64,000 nt of DNA from a virus: the IMG/VR virus record IMGVR_UViG_3300020182_001907; one strand, given 5' to 3'. Under the pieces are notes generated by a model that made no database searches, was not told the DNA's origin, and saw only the letters and a list, made by a program, of their open reading frames with translations. Below, one piece after another: positions 63,043-64,000 of this stretch. How positions within the stretch are numbered: the first letter of the stretch is position 1; each line of letters starts with the position of its first letter. The position numbers and the translations under genes were made by a program.

Positions 63043-63998
63043 TATATTTCTCCTAAAATATCTTCAAAGTTTGCATATTCCTCTGGTTTTGTCTCTTCCG
63101 ACTCTTCAAAAAAGTCAACACTTAGAGATGATTCCTGGTCTAGATCACCAAAACTTATTTCTTCCAAAAACGGCTTGTACTCTTTTAGCATTTCATAAGG
63201 ATTTTTACAGTCAGGATGCAACACTTCTTTTACAAAACTATCAAAATACACTACACTGTAAGGTACATATGGAGAGAACTCATTTGTTCCTTTGTTCTTT
63301 TTGTCTCTAATCCAGTCTTTGTATGTCAAATCAGTTCTGTATTTTTCCACATCAGCAAGACGATTTGCTTCCTGTACTGCAAATATATGGTTGTAAACAC
63401 TGTGCGCCATATAATACAAATAACTCTGCGTATCCCAGCTGGTGCTTCCTGCTTTTTTAGGTTTGCCGTTTCGATCCAGGTCACCTTCAGCCATAGCACA
63501 AATATCACCAGTAGTAAGTCTACTCATAATAGGAGATGCAGCAAATGGCATCGGCAAATCGCTGCCCTTCAAGCCCTGTTGATCAATAGCCCTATCCATA
63601 AAGTAACTAAACTTTTTAGGAGAAAAGAAATTATACGAGTATGTTGTCCCGTATGCTGTGTTCACAAAAGGGCTAGCAGCATCAAAACTTACTATAACAT
63701 CTTTGCTATAGTGTTCGCGGATAGTTCGTTGGATGCTTGTTAAATAACAACCCCAGTTCAACCTACCTGTTCCCAAAAAGTGAATCCAACCTTTGTTCTG
63801 TAGCAACCCATCGTCTTTAAGATTAAGTAATCTTTTGAGCGCCAAATACATGTTACTCTTGTTATTGCCAGCAAAAGCAAAGCCTTCAAGTGCAAGTTCA
63901 GCATCTCCGTAGTTTTCTTCCACCCAAGCAGGATCTGAAAATTGTTTAACGCCTTCATACCAGATATCAGATGTTGCTTCATCATTTCCACTAAGGAT
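63042..63998 (-). CDS. TGT/DpdA-like base-exchange transglycosylase (5'-truncated by window end)
   Basis: Frame open to the window edge (ILSG..W..). Has EGFAFAG, WIHFLGTG and SFDAASPF (TGT H.LG and catalytic D.S/A motifs) plus ...HSV; clustered with folE, queD and queE. Confidence 0.65.
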   Translation of the reverse strand: MLSGNDEATSDIWYEGVKQFSDPAWVEENYGDAELALEGFAFAGNNKSNMYLALKRLLNLKDDGLLQNKGWIHFLGTGRLNWGCYLTSIQRTIREHYSKDVIVSFDAASPFVNTAYGTTYSYNFFSPKKFSYFMDRAIDQQGLKGSDLPMPFAASPIMSRLTTGDICAMAEGDLDRNGKPKKAGSTSWDTQSYLYYMAHSVYNHIFAVQEANRLADVEKYRTDLTYKDWIRDKKNKGTNEFSPYVPYSVVYFDSFVKEVLHPDCKNPYEMLKEYKPFLEEISFGDLDQESSLSVDFFEESEETKPEEYANFEDILGEI

Positions 63999-64000
63999 AT

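Noticed and set aside
44110-63743. Plus-strand ORFs within the minus-strand arm, including the SCAAAA-repeat ORF at 44110 and 63216..63743
   Set aside because: They lie antisense to well-supported genes, and the Cys-Ala repeat is simply the reverse reading of the VNTR.
1-64000. Alternative genetic code (stop-codon reassignment) as in some large phages
   Set aside because: Recognisable enzymes are full-length under code 11, and TAA, TAG and TGA all end genes at expected positions.

Overview
AT-rich, gene-dense segment of a large tailed bacteriophage, most likely a T4-related or jumbo myovirus, using the standard genetic code. The host is probably an aquatic proteobacterium (inference from sigma70/IHF-type motifs, a zinc-free bL33 and a lipoprotein cytochrome c). 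The + strand arm (1-42908) carries TAAATA late-promoter-like motifs. It starts with a >3,790-aa subtilase/Ig/LamG/FG-GAP protein (5' end outside the window) and two tail-type proteins. These are followed by a ~28-kb glycan island: GT-A and GT-B-like glycosyltransferases, Ugd, RmlC, three NDP-sugar epimerase/reductases, a split minimal TPP enzyme, three twitch-type radical SAM enzymes, heptose kinase and nucleotidyltransferase, carbamoyl-, methyl- and SGNH enzymes, and a ten-repeat poly-GT-A protein. The - strand arm (42905-64000) holds sigma70-promoted early cassettes (MoxR ATPase, vWA-metallopeptidase, wHTH), HNH, RNase H/5'-3' exonuclease, ribosomal protein bL33, an Hc1-like protein and a cytochrome c. 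It also holds a 7-deazaguanine cluster (TGT/DpdA-like, QueD-like, FolE, QueE; no QueC in the window) interleaved with a GT4 glycosyltransferase, GalE, a PRTase, MazG, an SDR and a radical SAM enzyme. The best candidates for undescribed systems are (i) a glycosylated 7-deazaguanine DNA modification pathway and (ii) a phage-encoded virion glycosylation pathway making branched or decorated sugars. No tRNA, rRNA, CRISPR array or transposase was seen. All family assignments come from motif recognition, not database searches.
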